Of a DNA stretch of 64,000 nucleotides, positions 1-11,553 are shown piece by piece. The stretch covers positions 230,761-294,760 of the forward strand of contig JAWLBL010000002.1 in the NCBI GenBank assembly GCA_041687695.1. The letters run 5' to 3'. Position 1 is the first letter of the stretch; each line of letters begins with the position of its first letter. The DNA comes from Myxococcota bacterium (GTDB lineage Bacteria > Myxococcota_A > UBA9042 > PHBI01 > JAWLBL01). The translations under genes were made by a program, and so were the position numbers. The notes beneath the pieces are model-generated. The model had not been told where the DNA came from, made no database searches, and saw nothing but the letters and a program-made list of their open reading frames with translations.

Positions 1-2
1 TG

Positions 3-677
3 GGCGACTTCCCGGCCAACATGTGGCGGCACATCGCCGGGCACATCCCGCAGGATCTGACCGGCTGGACGGCCCTCGACATCGGCTGCAACTCGGGCTT
101 CTACAGCTTCGATCTGGCCCGCCGCGGCGCCCGCGTCACCGCCATCGACATCGACGACACCTACCTGGCGCAGGCCCGCTGGGCGGCGCGCCAGTTCGGG
201 CTCGAGGGCCGCGTCACCTTCCGCGAGCAGCAGGTCTACGACCTCGCCCACAGCGACCAGCAGTGGGACCTGGTCCTGTTCATGGGCGTCTTCTACCACC
301 TGCGCTACCCGCAGCTGGCCCTCGACGCCGTCGCGCGCTGCGTGCGCCGGCTGATGGTCTTCCAGAGCCTCAGCATGCCCGGCGAGGACGTCGCCGAGGT
401 GCCCGAAGACGGCGATCTGTTCGACCGCGACGCGATGCTGGACCCCGGCTGGCCGAAGCTGGCCTTCATCGAGCGGCAGCTGGCGGGCGACCGCACCAAC
501 TGGTGGGCGCCCAACCACGCGGCCTGCCTGGCGCTGCTGCGCTCGGCGGGGCTGCGGGTCGTCGGCCACCCGGCCACCGAGACCTACCTGTGCCAGCCGG
601 ACCCGGACGGCCCCAGCAGCATGTGGGGCTGGGACGCGGCCGAGTTCGAGATCGCGTCGGGGCGCCGGCGCGGATGA
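3..677 (+). CDS. Class I SAM-dependent methyltransferase (TIGR04290-like), 5' end probably outside window
   Basis: LDIGCNSGFYSF SAM motif, LFMGVFYHLRYP, TNWWAPN; frame is open to the left edge (GDFPAN before the M at 21). Confidence 0.8.
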   Translation, partial: GDFPANMWRHIAGHIPQDLTGWTALDIGCNSGFYSFDLARRGARVTAIDIDDTYLAQARWAARQFGLEGRVTFREQQVYDLAHSDQQWDLVLFMGVFYHLRYPQLALDAVARCVRRLMVFQSLSMPGEDVAEVPEDGDLFDRDAMLDPGWPKLAFIERQLAGDRTNWWAPNHAACLALLRSAGLRVVGHPATETYLCQPDPDGPSSMWGWDAAEFEIASGRRRG

Positions 678-692
678 AAAGGAGCGGCTAGC

Positions 693-1646
693 ATGAGCGG
701 CATGACCATCCTCGTCACCGGCGGCGCCGGCTTTCTGGGCTCGAACCTGTGCCGCCGCCTCGTCGCCGAGGGGCACCGGGTCGTCGCCCTCGACAACTTC
801 CAGACGGGGCAGGGCGGCAACCTCGACGACCTGCGCGGCCACGCCCGCTTCGAACTGCTCGAGGCCGACGTCGCCGAGCCCTTCGATCACAAGGTCCCAG
901 CCGCGCTCGACCGCGTCTACCACCTGGCCTGCCCGGCCAGCCCGCCGCACTACCAGCGCGACCCGGTCCGCACCATGATGACCAACGTGCTGGGGACCTT
1001 GAACGCCCTCGAGCTGACCCGCCAGCGCGGCGCGCGCCTGCTGCTGGCCTCCACCAGCGAGGTCTACGGCGACCCCGAGGTGCACCCGCAGCCCGAGGAC
1101 TACCGTGGCAACGTCTCGCCCAACGGCCCGCGCGCCTGCTACGACGAGGGCAAACGCGCCGCCGAGGCGCTGGCGATGGACTACCACCGCACGCGCCAGA
1201 CCGACATCCGCATCGCCCGCATCTTCAACACCTACGGGCCGGGCATGGCCCCCGACGACGGGCGCGTCATCTCCAACTTCATCACCCAGGCCCTGCGCGG
1301 CGAGGCCCTCACCATCTACGGCGACGGCTCGCAGACCCGCAGCCTGTGTTACGTCGACGACCTCGTCGACGGCCTGGTCCGCCTGATGGAGCAGGACCGC
1401 ACCCTGGGCCCCGTCAACCTGGGCAACCCCGGCGAGGTCACCGTCCGCGACATCGCCCAGACCATCCTCGAGGTCGTCGGCCGCGGCTCCCTGACCACCC
1501 GCCCGCTGCCCACCGACGACCCGCGCCGCCGCTGCCCCGACATCACCCGCGCCCGCGCGCTGCTCGGCTTCGAGCCCAGGACCTCCTTCCGCGACGGCCT
1601 GCCTCCCACCATCGCCTGGTTCGAGCGCGCCCTCTCCCAGCGCTGA
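693..1646 (+). CDS. UDP-glucuronate decarboxylase-like NAD-dependent epimerase/dehydratase (extended SDR)
   Basis: TGGAGFLG, HLACPASPPHYQ, ASTSEVYGDP, CYDEGKR, RIFNTYGP; AGGAG RBS upstream. Confidence 0.92.
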   Translation: MSGMTILVTGGAGFLGSNLCRRLVAEGHRVVALDNFQTGQGGNLDDLRGHARFELLEADVAEPFDHKVPAALDRVYHLACPASPPHYQRDPVRTMMTNVLGTLNALELTRQRGARLLLASTSEVYGDPEVHPQPEDYRGNVSPNGPRACYDEGKRAAEALAMDYHRTRQTDIRIARIFNTYGPGMAPDDGRVISNFITQALRGEALTIYGDGSQTRSLCYVDDLVDGLVRLMEQDRTLGPVNLGNPGEVTVRDIAQTILEVVGRGSLTTRPLPTDDPRRRCPDITRARALLGFEPRTSFRDGLPPTIAWFERALSQR

Positions 1647-1703
1647 CGCGCCCCGCGGGGTGTCAACCTACTAACCATCCCGCGACCCCCACGTCGGAGG
1701 GGG

Positions 1704-1773
1704 AAAGGGGTCAGGTCTAATCATTTGTCATTTTCCGGCACGGAAATGACAAATGATTAGACCTGACCCCTTT
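1704..1773. repeat. Perfect 30-bp inverted repeat with 10-nt spacer (MITE/TIR-like palindrome)
   Basis: AAAGGGGTCAGGTCTAATCATTTGTCATTT (1704-1733) is the exact reverse complement of 1744-1773; AT-rich compared with the flanks. Confidence 0.92.
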
Positions 1774-1847
1774 TCTTTCTTTTCCTTCCTTCTTTGGCCC
1801 GCCTCTTGCTTTGCCCTCCTCCCGGACCCCATCGGGAGAGAGGGCAC

Positions 1848-3383
1848 ATGCGTCTACTGGGACTCCTCATCGCGCTCACCTTGTGCGGCTGCCCCCAGCC
1901 GGGGGGCGACCTCGCACGCTCGGACCAGATCCTCGGCCCGGTCGCGGCCGGCGAGCACCTGGTCTACGCCGACACCACCCGCGACGAGCTGGTCATCGTC
2001 GCCCTCGACGCCGGCGACGCCACCGACCTCCGCCGCGTCGCCCTGGACCTCCACCCCGAGCGCCTGGTCCCCCTCCCCGACGGCGCCGGCGTCCTGGCCC
2101 TCGCCAGCGCCGACGAGGCCCTGGCCCACGTCGACCTCGCCACCGGCGCCACCCGCCACTTCGACCTCGGCGCCCCCTACGACGGCCTGTCGCTCTCGCC
2201 CGACGCCGGCCTCGCCATGGCCTACTTCCCGACCAGCTCCAAGGTCCCGCTGTTCCACAACGGCGGCGAGCTGGCCTTCGTCGACCTGTCCACCGAAGCC
2301 GCCGCCGCCCCGGTCACCCGCCGCACCCTGGCCAGCCTCGGCCGCTCGCCCCACGGGGTCTTCGTCTCGCCCCCCTGGCAGGGTCGCCGCCTCGCCTTCG
2401 TCCTCAGCGACAGCCACGTCGCCGTGCTCGACCTCTCCGCCCCCGACGCCCCCGAGCACTCCATCCCGCTGGTCAGCTTGGGCCAGGCCGACAAGCGCAC
2501 CCCCCACCACGTCGCCTTCGCCATCGACCCGGCCACCGGCGTCCTGTGGAGCCTCGTCCTCACCCTCGAGGGCTCCACCGCCTACGCCCTGCGCGCCACG
2601 CCGTCGACCGAAGGGGCCGGCGGGGCCGCCGACGGCGCCGGCTTCCAGATCGTCCTCCAGCAGCTCGCCGGCGCCTCCCCCTCCGGCGACGCCCGCCTGG
2701 TCCAGACCACCGACGGCACCCTGCTCGCCCTGCTCCTCAGCCCCGCCCAGGGCACCCTCACCGTCACCGAGCTGGTCACCGCCAACAGCCGCGTCCTGTC
2801 GCTCGCCGCCGGCCCCAGCCGCCTCGCCCTGTACGACGACGCCGGCCGCCCCATGGCCGCCGCCTACCGCCCCTCGGACCGCGCCCTGCACCTCGTCGAC
2901 CTCGAGGCCATCGCCACCAAGAAGGACAAGGCCGTCACCACCCGCTACGCCGAGTCCCCCCTCTCCTCGCTGACCCCCATCCCCGGCCGCCCCCGCTTCA
3001 TCGCCCTGCACCCCGGGGCCACCAACGCCATCAGCGTCATCGACGCCGCCACCGGCCGCATCACCCCCTTCGGCCAGACCGGCGCCGTCCGCTCGCTCAC
3101 CCTCGCCCCCGACCTCGACCGCGCCTTCCTCCTCACCCGCCTCGGCGCCACCGACCACGTCGTCTCCCTCGATCTGGCGACCCTCCACCCCACGGTCGCC
3201 ACCCTCGCCACCCAGGCCGACCACCTGCTGGTCCTCCCCGACGCGTCCACCGTCGCCGCCGTCCACCTCGCCCCCGGCGGCCGCCTGACCCTGTGGCCTG
3301 CCGACGCCGTCGCCGACGAGGCGAGCCGCGTCGTCCCCGCCCCGCTGCTCGAGGGCCTCCTCGACGCCTTCGCCCAGGAGTGA
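1848..3383 (+). CDS. Putative beta-propeller lipoprotein
   Basis: ATG at 1848 after GAGAGGG; lipobox LTLCGC; repeated blade-like strands (SLSPDAGLAMAY, TLAPDLDRAFL, VLDLS). Confidence 0.7.
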   Translation: MRLLGLLIALTLCGCPQPGGDLARSDQILGPVAAGEHLVYADTTRDELVIVALDAGDATDLRRVALDLHPERLVPLPDGAGVLALASADEALAHVDLATGATRHFDLGAPYDGLSLSPDAGLAMAYFPTSSKVPLFHNGGELAFVDLSTEAAAAPVTRRTLASLGRSPHGVFVSPPWQGRRLAFVLSDSHVAVLDLSAPDAPEHSIPLVSLGQADKRTPHHVAFAIDPATGVLWSLVLTLEGSTAYALRATPSTEGAGGAADGAGFQIVLQQLAGASPSGDARLVQTTDGTLLALLLSPAQGTLTVTELVTANSRVLSLAAGPSRLALYDDAGRPMAAAYRPSDRALHLVDLEAIATKKDKAVTTRYAESPLSSLTPIPGRPRFIALHPGATNAISVIDAATGRITPFGQTGAVRSLTLAPDLDRAFLLTRLGATDHVVSLDLATLHPTVATLATQADHLLVLPDASTVAAVHLAPGGRLTLWPADAVADEASRVVPAPLLEGLLDAFAQE

Positions 3384-3388
3384 CCCCG

Positions 3389-4042
3389 ATGCGCATGTCC
3401 ACGCTCACGGCCGCCCTCGCCGCCGCCCTCGCCCTGACCGCCCCGCTCGCCGCCGCCGCCGCCCCCCTCACCGTCGGCGCCGAGCTGGCCCCCCGCTGGA
3501 CCGTCACCGCCTCGCGCACCGTCGACCTCTTCAGCGACTCGCGCACCACCTTCGCCCCCGGCCTGCACGCGCTGGTCCAGCCCACCGAGCGCCTCGGCTT
3601 GGCTGTCGGCTGGCGCCCCGAGACCCTCGAGCGCGTCCACGCCGACGGCACCCGCGCCGCCCTCGACACCGACACGCTGCTGCTCGGCGCCTCCTGGCGC
3701 CACCCGCTCGCCGGCCCCCTCGCGGCGCACGGCCGCCTGGACCTCGAGCTGGCCTTCGCCGAGGCCGAGCTGGACGCCGGCGGCGTCACCGCCCACCAGG
3801 ACGCGCTCGGCTTCGGCGTCCACCCCCAGCTCGGCCTCGAGCTGCGCCTCGTCGGCGCCGCCACGCCCTCCCCGGACGCGCGCTTCGCCCTGCACCTGCG
3901 CGGCCTCGTCGGCTACCTGCTGCAGACCGACCTCGCCCTCGACGCCCTGTCCACCGGCGACCCGCAGGTCCGCCCGGTCGACCTCGGCGACGCCAACCTC
4001 TCTGGCCTGACCGTCACCTTCGCCCTCGCCGCGACCTTCTGA
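3389..4042 (+). CDS. Putative small outer-membrane beta-barrel protein
   Basis: 3' part of ORF 1811..4042; Ala-rich signal peptide, amphipathic strands, C-terminus VTFALAATF with terminal Phe; 5 bp after the upstream stop. Confidence 0.65.
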   Translation: MRMSTLTAALAAALALTAPLAAAAAPLTVGAELAPRWTVTASRTVDLFSDSRTTFAPGLHALVQPTERLGLAVGWRPETLERVHADGTRAALDTDTLLLGASWRHPLAGPLAAHGRLDLELAFAEAELDAGGVTAHQDALGFGVHPQLGLELRLVGAATPSPDARFALHLRGLVGYLLQTDLALDALSTGDPQVRPVDLGDANLSGLTVTFALAATF

Positions 4043-4056
4043 CCAGGAGCCCGACC

Positions 4057-5814
4057 ATGCTGCTTCGCGCGATCCCGACCCTGCTCCTGGCCTCCCTCCT
4101 CGCGGCCGCCTGCGGCGACATGGGCGCGGCCGACGAGGCCGGCGGCGGCTGGCCGAACATGCCCGACGCCACCAGCGGCGACGCCGGCCCGGGCGCCGGC
4201 CTGCCCGACACCGCCGAGCCGCCCCCGCCCGAGGAGGAGCGCGACTTCGATCTGCGCACCCCCGAGGCCGGCGCCACCCGCCTGTTCATCCCCTCGGCCG
4301 CCCTCGACGCCCTGATCGTCGTCGAGCCGACCACCCTGGCCGTGCGCCTGGTCGAGGTCGGCGTCCGCCCCACCGTGGTGCGCGCCCTGCCCGCCGACGC
4401 CGGCGCCATCGTCCTCAACGCCGGCACCCACGACGTCAGCGTCGTCCGCCCCGCCCCCGACACCGACGGCGGCTGGGACGTCACGACCCTGGACGTGGCG
4501 CCCAACGCCAACCGCCTGACCGTCAGCCCCGACGGCGCCTGGGCCTTCGCCTGGTTCACCGCCACCGGCCAGGCCGGCGAGCCCATCGGCAGCCTGCAGG
4601 ACGTCACCGCCATCCGCCTCGCCCCGGGCGACGAGGCGGTCTTCGATCTGGCGGTCGGCCTGCGCCCCAGCGAGGTCCGCTTCGCCGCCGGCGGCGAGCG
4701 CGCCCTGGTGCTGTGCGAGGACGGCCTCAGCGTGGTCGACCTGACCGCCCTCGACGGCGACCGCTTCCTGCCGCCGGTGGCCGTGCACGACGACCCCTTC
4801 GTCACCCCCCACGACCGCGAGGTCGTCGTCACCCCCGACGGGCAGCTCGCCGTCGTGCGCGATCTGAACCGCGCCGAGCTGACCCTGGTCGATCTGGACG
4901 CCCGCACCCGCCGCGTCCTGCCGCTGCCCGACTGGCCCAGCGATCTGGACCTGACCCCCAGCGGCCAGACCGTGGTGGTCCCCCTGCGCGGCGCCCAGCA
5001 GCTGGCCGTCATCGCGATCCCCGCCGCCTTCGAGTGGGCCCCGCTCGCCTTCAGCGAGGACCTGTATGACACCCCCGACGCCGGCTCGACCGAGGACCCC
5101 GACGCCGGCTCGACGGAGGATCCCGACGCCTCGGACGACGACGCCGACGCCGGCCCGACCGACGACCTCGACGCCTCCGTGCCCGACGAGGACGTCTCCG
5201 AGCCCACCCCGACCGTGAACCCCCACGTCACCTACCTGCCCATGCACGCCCCCTTCGGCGCGGCCGAGCTCAGCGCCGACGGTCAGGTGGCCCTGCTCTA
5301 CACCACCCTGCCCGGCACCGCCGCCGTGGGCCTGGCCGACCTCGAGGCCGGCGAGGTGACGGTCCGCCCGGTGGCCAAGGAGGTCACGGCCGCCCTGCTG
5401 TCGCCCGCCGGCGACATGGCGGCCCTCTTGCACCGCAAGAGCTCCGGCGCGGCCCCGCCCATCCAGGGCTCCGACGCCTACAGCCTGGTCGATCTGGCCA
5501 GCGGCTACACCAAGCTGGTGCTGACCCCCCAGCCGCCCAGCCGCTTCCTCTTCACCCCCGGCGCCGACGAGCTGATCGTCCTGCTGCCCGACCCGGCCGG
5601 CCTGGCGCACCTGTTCCACCGCACGGTGACCACGACCTTCAGCGTCACCCCTCACCCGGTCCCCTACGCGCCCCTGTTCGTCGGCGCCCTGCCGCTGGTC
5701 TCCAAGGTCGCCATCCTGCTCGATGACCCGACCGGCTGGCTGACCCTGCTCGACACCGCCACCGGCCAGCTCGAGCAGCTCAACGGCTTCGAGCTCAACG
5801 CCTTCATCCGCTGA
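4057..5814 (+). CDS. YncE/YVTN-like beta-propeller lipoprotein with acidic low-complexity insert
   Basis: AGGAG RBS; lipobox LAAAC; VEVGVRP, VSPDGAWA, VTPDGQLAV, LTPSGQTV blades; PDAGSTED duplicated. Confidence 0.72.
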   Translation: MLLRAIPTLLLASLLAAACGDMGAADEAGGGWPNMPDATSGDAGPGAGLPDTAEPPPPEEERDFDLRTPEAGATRLFIPSAALDALIVVEPTTLAVRLVEVGVRPTVVRALPADAGAIVLNAGTHDVSVVRPAPDTDGGWDVTTLDVAPNANRLTVSPDGAWAFAWFTATGQAGEPIGSLQDVTAIRLAPGDEAVFDLAVGLRPSEVRFAAGGERALVLCEDGLSVVDLTALDGDRFLPPVAVHDDPFVTPHDREVVVTPDGQLAVVRDLNRAELTLVDLDARTRRVLPLPDWPSDLDLTPSGQTVVVPLRGAQQLAVIAIPAAFEWAPLAFSEDLYDTPDAGSTEDPDAGSTEDPDASDDDADAGPTDDLDASVPDEDVSEPTPTVNPHVTYLPMHAPFGAAELSADGQVALLYTTLPGTAAVGLADLEAGEVTVRPVAKEVTAALLSPAGDMAALLHRKSSGAAPPIQGSDAYSLVDLASGYTKLVLTPQPPSRFLFTPGADELIVLLPDPAGLAHLFHRTVTTTFSVTPHPVPYAPLFVGALPLVSKVAILLDDPTGWLTLLDTATGQLEQLNGFELNAFIR

Positions 5815-6014
5815 CCCCTCGTCCTCGGCGATTGAATTTCCCGCCGGCGCCGGCGGTCTGCGTGACGTGGCTCGCGAGGCCGCCGGGTTCGCTGCCCCAC
5901 GACGACAGGTCGGGGAGGGGGCCCGGAGGGCGCTCGCGGAACGGACGAGACGCGCGCGGCGGCCGGGTGAGGTGTGCCCGGGGACCGCGCGCCGGCCAGG
6001 GCACGGGTGCGATC

Positions 6015-7541
<1,527 letters not shown>

Positions 7542-7544
7542 GCC

Positions 7545-9209
7545 CTACGGCTGCGCGGCGGGGTGGCCGAGCTTGCGACGGCTGGCCAGGAGCAGGGCGT
7601 CGCTGACCAGGCGCAGGTGGTCGGGGGCGGAGACCCAGGCCTCGAGGGTCAGCAGGTGGTAGAAGGCGTCGACCATGCGGAGATCGGCGCGGGTGGTGGC
7701 CTGGGCGAGCTTGCGGGCGGCCTTGAGCAGGCGGGCGCCGCCGCGGACCTCGCCGTGGCGCAGGGCCTCGGCGGCGCGGGCGAGGTGCTCGGCCAGGGCG
7801 ACGCCGCGGGCGTTCTTGCGGACCAGGCGCTGGGCGGCCGTCTCGGGGGTGCGGGTGCTGCCCAGGGCCGCGGCGACCTGGGCGACGCCGGGGCGCTGGC
7901 GGCTCACGTCGGCCCAGGTGAGCGTGGCCTGCGCCACCGCGCCCGGGCCAGCGACGTCCAGCTCGACCAGCACGACGTGGTCGTCGCCCGCCATGAAGGC
8001 GGGAATGCGGGTCTCGAGGGCGCTCGCGCCGGGGGAGGCGGCGGCCTCGCCGGCCTCGGCCAGCAGCGGGCTGCCCAGCACGCGGACCAGGCGATGGCCC
8101 GGCTCGAGGCGAATCTCCAGGCGCAGGTCGCGGGCGACCACGCGGCCGAGCTGCTCGACCAGGGCCGCCAGCGCGGCCTCGGCGCCGGCGACATCGGTGG
8201 CGCGGAAGGCGCCGCGGCCCGCGCTGGCCAGGCGCCACAGCCGGCCAGGCCCGGTCGACGACAGCTCGACCACCGAGGTGGTCACGCCGAAGCGCGTCAG
8301 GTGGGTCGCGGCCTCGGCGGCCTGGTCCACGTCCGCGGCGTCAGGCTCCAGCCCGCCAGCGCCCACCACCAGCACCGAGCGCAGGGCGACCCGCGGGGCC
8401 GGCGCGTCCTCCAGCAGGCGGCCGGACAGGTACAGCGCCTCGGACAGGGCCTGCGCCGCGACCGGCCCGCGGGCGGCCGGGGCTTCCAGGGCGCGGGCCA
8501 GCACGCGCGCGGCGCTCTCGGGGCGCTCGGGGCGCGTGACCAGCTCGGGCTCGGGCCCGGCGATCACCACCGAGACGCGGTCGTCGGCGCGCAGGGCGCC
8601 CAGCACGGCCGCGGCGGCGTCGGCCAGCGCCTCGCCGTCGCCCGGCCCGGGCAGCAGCACCAGGCCCAGGGCCATGGGCGGGCGCTGGGGGCCGAGATCG
8701 GCCCCGCGCAGGCCGACCTGCAGCACGACCCGGCTCGGGCCGTCGGTCCAGGCGCGGTCCAGGTTGACCGACAGGCCCAGCGCGGCCCCGGCGGGCGCGT
8801 CCAGCGGCTGCCGCGCGGCGGTCGCCAGGCGGTGGGGGCGGCCGTGGGCGGCCAGGACGCCGTCGAGGCGCGAGGCGAGCAGCTCGTGCAGCGCGTCGCC
8901 GCCCAGGTAGGTGCTCTCGAAGCGGACCAGGCCGGCCAGATCGGGGGAGGGCGGGGCGCCGAGCGCCTGGACGTCGGGGTCCAGCTCGGTCAGCTCGATC
9001 GGGGGCGCGGGCGTGGGGGCGTCGGGCGTCGCGGCGCGGGGCGGCGCCCACTTCATGCGGTCGGTCTGGACCTGCGAGTAGGTCGCGACGACCGGCGAGG
9101 AGGGCGGCGGCTCGGGCGCGGCCTCGGGAGCGTCGAGCGGCGCGTCGCGACCGCACGCGACCACGAGCGCCACGCCCAGCGCCGCGCACAGGCGGAGCAG
9201 CGGGGACAT
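7545..9209 (-). CDS. Degenerate vWA-domain lipoprotein (paralog 3)
   Basis: Lipobox VVAC; FESTYLGG, VVLQVGLRG, VVARDLRLEIRLEPG, IPAFMAGDDHVVLVEL, ASRRKLG shared with the two upstream paralogs; GGAGG RBS. Confidence 0.75.
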   Translation of the reverse strand: MSPLLRLCAALGVALVVACGRDAPLDAPEAAPEPPPSSPVVATYSQVQTDRMKWAPPRAATPDAPTPAPPIELTELDPDVQALGAPPSPDLAGLVRFESTYLGGDALHELLASRLDGVLAAHGRPHRLATAARQPLDAPAGAALGLSVNLDRAWTDGPSRVVLQVGLRGADLGPQRPPMALGLVLLPGPGDGEALADAAAAVLGALRADDRVSVVIAGPEPELVTRPERPESAARVLARALEAPAARGPVAAQALSEALYLSGRLLEDAPAPRVALRSVLVVGAGGLEPDAADVDQAAEAATHLTRFGVTTSVVELSSTGPGRLWRLASAGRGAFRATDVAGAEAALAALVEQLGRVVARDLRLEIRLEPGHRLVRVLGSPLLAEAGEAAASPGASALETRIPAFMAGDDHVVLVELDVAGPGAVAQATLTWADVSRQRPGVAQVAAALGSTRTPETAAQRLVRKNARGVALAEHLARAAEALRHGEVRGGARLLKAARKLAQATTRADLRMVDAFYHLLTLEAWVSAPDHLRLVSDALLLASRRKLGHPAAQP

Positions 9210-9402
9210 CGGGGGCCTCCGGGGGTCCTCGGTCGCGGCGGGGCGGTGAGCGGGCGGGGTGGGCCCGAAGGGTCGGGCGTCCCGCGCTCACCAGGGCGCG
9301 ACTTCGAAGGAGGTCGTTGAGGCCTTCATCATGGCCCGGCGCCGGCGCGGCGGCCAGACGCCGGTCCTTTGGGGGGAACGCTGGAGGAGCGGGGGGAGCG
9401 GG

Positions 9403-11544
9403 TCAGCGCGGCGCCGGCTGGCCCAGCTTGCGGGCGGCGGCCAGCTCCAGCGCTTCGGACAGCGCGGCGCGCGAGTCCCCCGAGACGTGCTGCGACGGGG
9501 CGTCGAGCGCAGCCTGGAAGGCCGCGAGCATGCGGCGATCCTCGCCCAGCGCCAGGTCCGAGGCCTGGTTCAGGACGCCGCGCGCGGCGTCGAAGCGGCC
9601 GCGCTGCCAGTGGCGCCCGGCGTCGGCCAGCGCCTCGGCCAGGCGGAAGCTGGCGACGTTGCGCAGGACCATGCGCTGCTCGACCGTCTCGGGCCGCGGG
9701 GTCGCCGCCAGCGACACGCTGGCCCGCGCCGTCGCGTTGCCCAGCGCCACCATGTCCTTGTACTTCAACGTCACGTCGGCCACCGGCCCGGGCTTTTCCA
9801 CCCACAGCTCGATAAGCACGACGTGGTCGTCGCCGCCGTAGAAGTACGGGATGACCGTCTGGATGCCGTCGTCGTCGTCGCCGCGGTCGGCGGTCACGCC
9901 GAAGGTCTTCGACAGGTTCTGGTCGACCGCCACCTCGCGCGCCTTGACCTGCTGGACCTCCTCGTCCTCGAGGACGCGCGTGCCCAGCACGCGGATGGCC
10001 TGCACGCCCTTGGCCAGCCGCACGTTCAGGCGCAGCAGGCGCGCGACCACCTTGGCCAGGCTGTCCAGCTCGGCCTGCAGCGGCGCCCCCAGTGCCCCCG
10101 CCTCGGCGTGGTGGTAGTTGCCGTGCCCGGCGTCCGCCACCTGCCACCACGGGTCCGCCCCGCCGTCACCCAGCTGCACGACCGAGGTCACCGCGCCCTG
10201 CAGCGTCAGGTCGTGCGCCGCCCGGGTCGCGGCCCCGACCCGCCGCGCGTCGCCGCCCGCCGTCAGCAGCACCACCGACTGGGTCCCCGGGATGACGGCC
10301 GTGTCCTCGTGCGCGCGCCGCAGCAGGGCGCCCGCCTCGCGCAGCGCCGCCTCGAGGTCCGCCGACCCGATCGTCCGCGGCGTCGTCAGCGCGTCCACGC
10401 GCCGCGTCAGCTCCGTCCGCAGCGCCCTCGTCCGGTCCAGCTTGCACACCACCTCGGGCGCCGGCCCGGCCAGCACCACGCCCAGCCGGTCGGCCGGCCC
10501 CAGCCGCTGCACGAGCGCCGCGATGGCCTCGACCAGCACCTGCGGGTGCGCCGCCCGCGCGGCCTCGTCGACCACCAGCACCATGTCCAGCGGCGGCCGC
10601 CGCCACCCGAACCGCTCGCTACCCTGCAGACCGACCTGCAGGATGACCCGCTGCGGCCCCTCGACCCAGCGGTGGCTCAGGGTCGCCTTCAGCGCCATCC
10701 CCGCCTCGCCGGGCGCGTCGAACGGCTGCGCGGGCGCGTGCGCCATCCGGTGCGCGTGGTCCGGCCCCGCCAGCATCCCCTCCACCAGCCGCATCCGGTG
10801 CAGGTACCCCGCGTTGCCACCCAGGTACGTGTTCTCGAAGTAGAACATCCTCGGCAACGTGGCGCTCGGCGCGACCTGCTCGTCCACCAGCGCCTGGTTC
10901 AGGGCGTCGCGCAGGTCGTCCAGCCTCCGATCGCGCTCGGCCAGCGCCTCCTGCGCCGGCTTCTCCAAGTTCCCCGCCACCTCGGCGTCGTCGAAGTCGT
11001 AGAACTGCGCCCGCTGCCGCTCGGCCTCGCCCTCCTGCGCGAACCGCGCGTACCCGTCCTTCGCCGCCGCCTCCTTCTTCTTGCCGGTGACTCGGCCCCG
11101 CTCCCTGGCGCGCTCCTCCTTGCCCTCCCCGCGCCCCCCGCCCGTGTCGACCCGTCCCATGCCGTGGATGCGGCCGATCCCTTCGCCGCCGCCTCCCTGC
11201 CCGTCGCCCTCGAACCCCAGCCCGCCCTTGTCCGCGGCGCGTTCGTTGCTCAGCTTGCTCAGCAGGTCGACCTTCGGCTCGGGCCTCGGCGCCGCGGCGG
11301 GCACCTCCGCCGGCTTGGCCGGCTCCTCGTCCCAGGCCTCCTCGTCGTCGTCGTCCGGCGTCCGCGTCGTCGTGATCGTGGCCGTCGCCTCCGGCTCCTC
11401 GGGCTCCCCGCGCGAGGCCTCGCTGGTCGGCGGCGCCGCCTTGTAGTCGCTCGGCCCGGGCGCCTGCGCCGCGTCGCCACCTTTGCCGCACGCGCTCAGC
11501 GCCAGCCCCAGCGCCACCATCACCGCCAGCGTCGACCCTCGCAT
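9403..11544 (-). CDS. vWA-domain lipoprotein lacking canonical MIDAS (paralog 2)
   Basis: Lipobox LSAC; PPLDMVLVVD, DRLGVV, QSVVLLTAG, VADAGHGNYH, VVARLLRLNVRL typical of YfbK-like vWA plus Ig-like tail. Confidence 0.8.
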   Translation of the reverse strand: MRGSTLAVMVALGLALSACGKGGDAAQAPGPSDYKAAPPTSEASRGEPEEPEATATITTTRTPDDDDEEAWDEEPAKPAEVPAAAPRPEPKVDLLSKLSNERAADKGGLGFEGDGQGGGGEGIGRIHGMGRVDTGGGRGEGKEERARERGRVTGKKKEAAAKDGYARFAQEGEAERQRAQFYDFDDAEVAGNLEKPAQEALAERDRRLDDLRDALNQALVDEQVAPSATLPRMFYFENTYLGGNAGYLHRMRLVEGMLAGPDHAHRMAHAPAQPFDAPGEAGMALKATLSHRWVEGPQRVILQVGLQGSERFGWRRPPLDMVLVVDEAARAAHPQVLVEAIAALVQRLGPADRLGVVLAGPAPEVVCKLDRTRALRTELTRRVDALTTPRTIGSADLEAALREAGALLRRAHEDTAVIPGTQSVVLLTAGGDARRVGAATRAAHDLTLQGAVTSVVQLGDGGADPWWQVADAGHGNYHHAEAGALGAPLQAELDSLAKVVARLLRLNVRLAKGVQAIRVLGTRVLEDEEVQQVKAREVAVDQNLSKTFGVTADRGDDDDGIQTVIPYFYGGDDHVVLIELWVEKPGPVADVTLKYKDMVALGNATARASVSLAATPRPETVEQRMVLRNVASFRLAEALADAGRHWQRGRFDAARGVLNQASDLALGEDRRMLAAFQAALDAPSQHVSGDSRAALSEALELAAARKLGQPAPR

Positions 11545-11553
11545 CCTCGCCTC

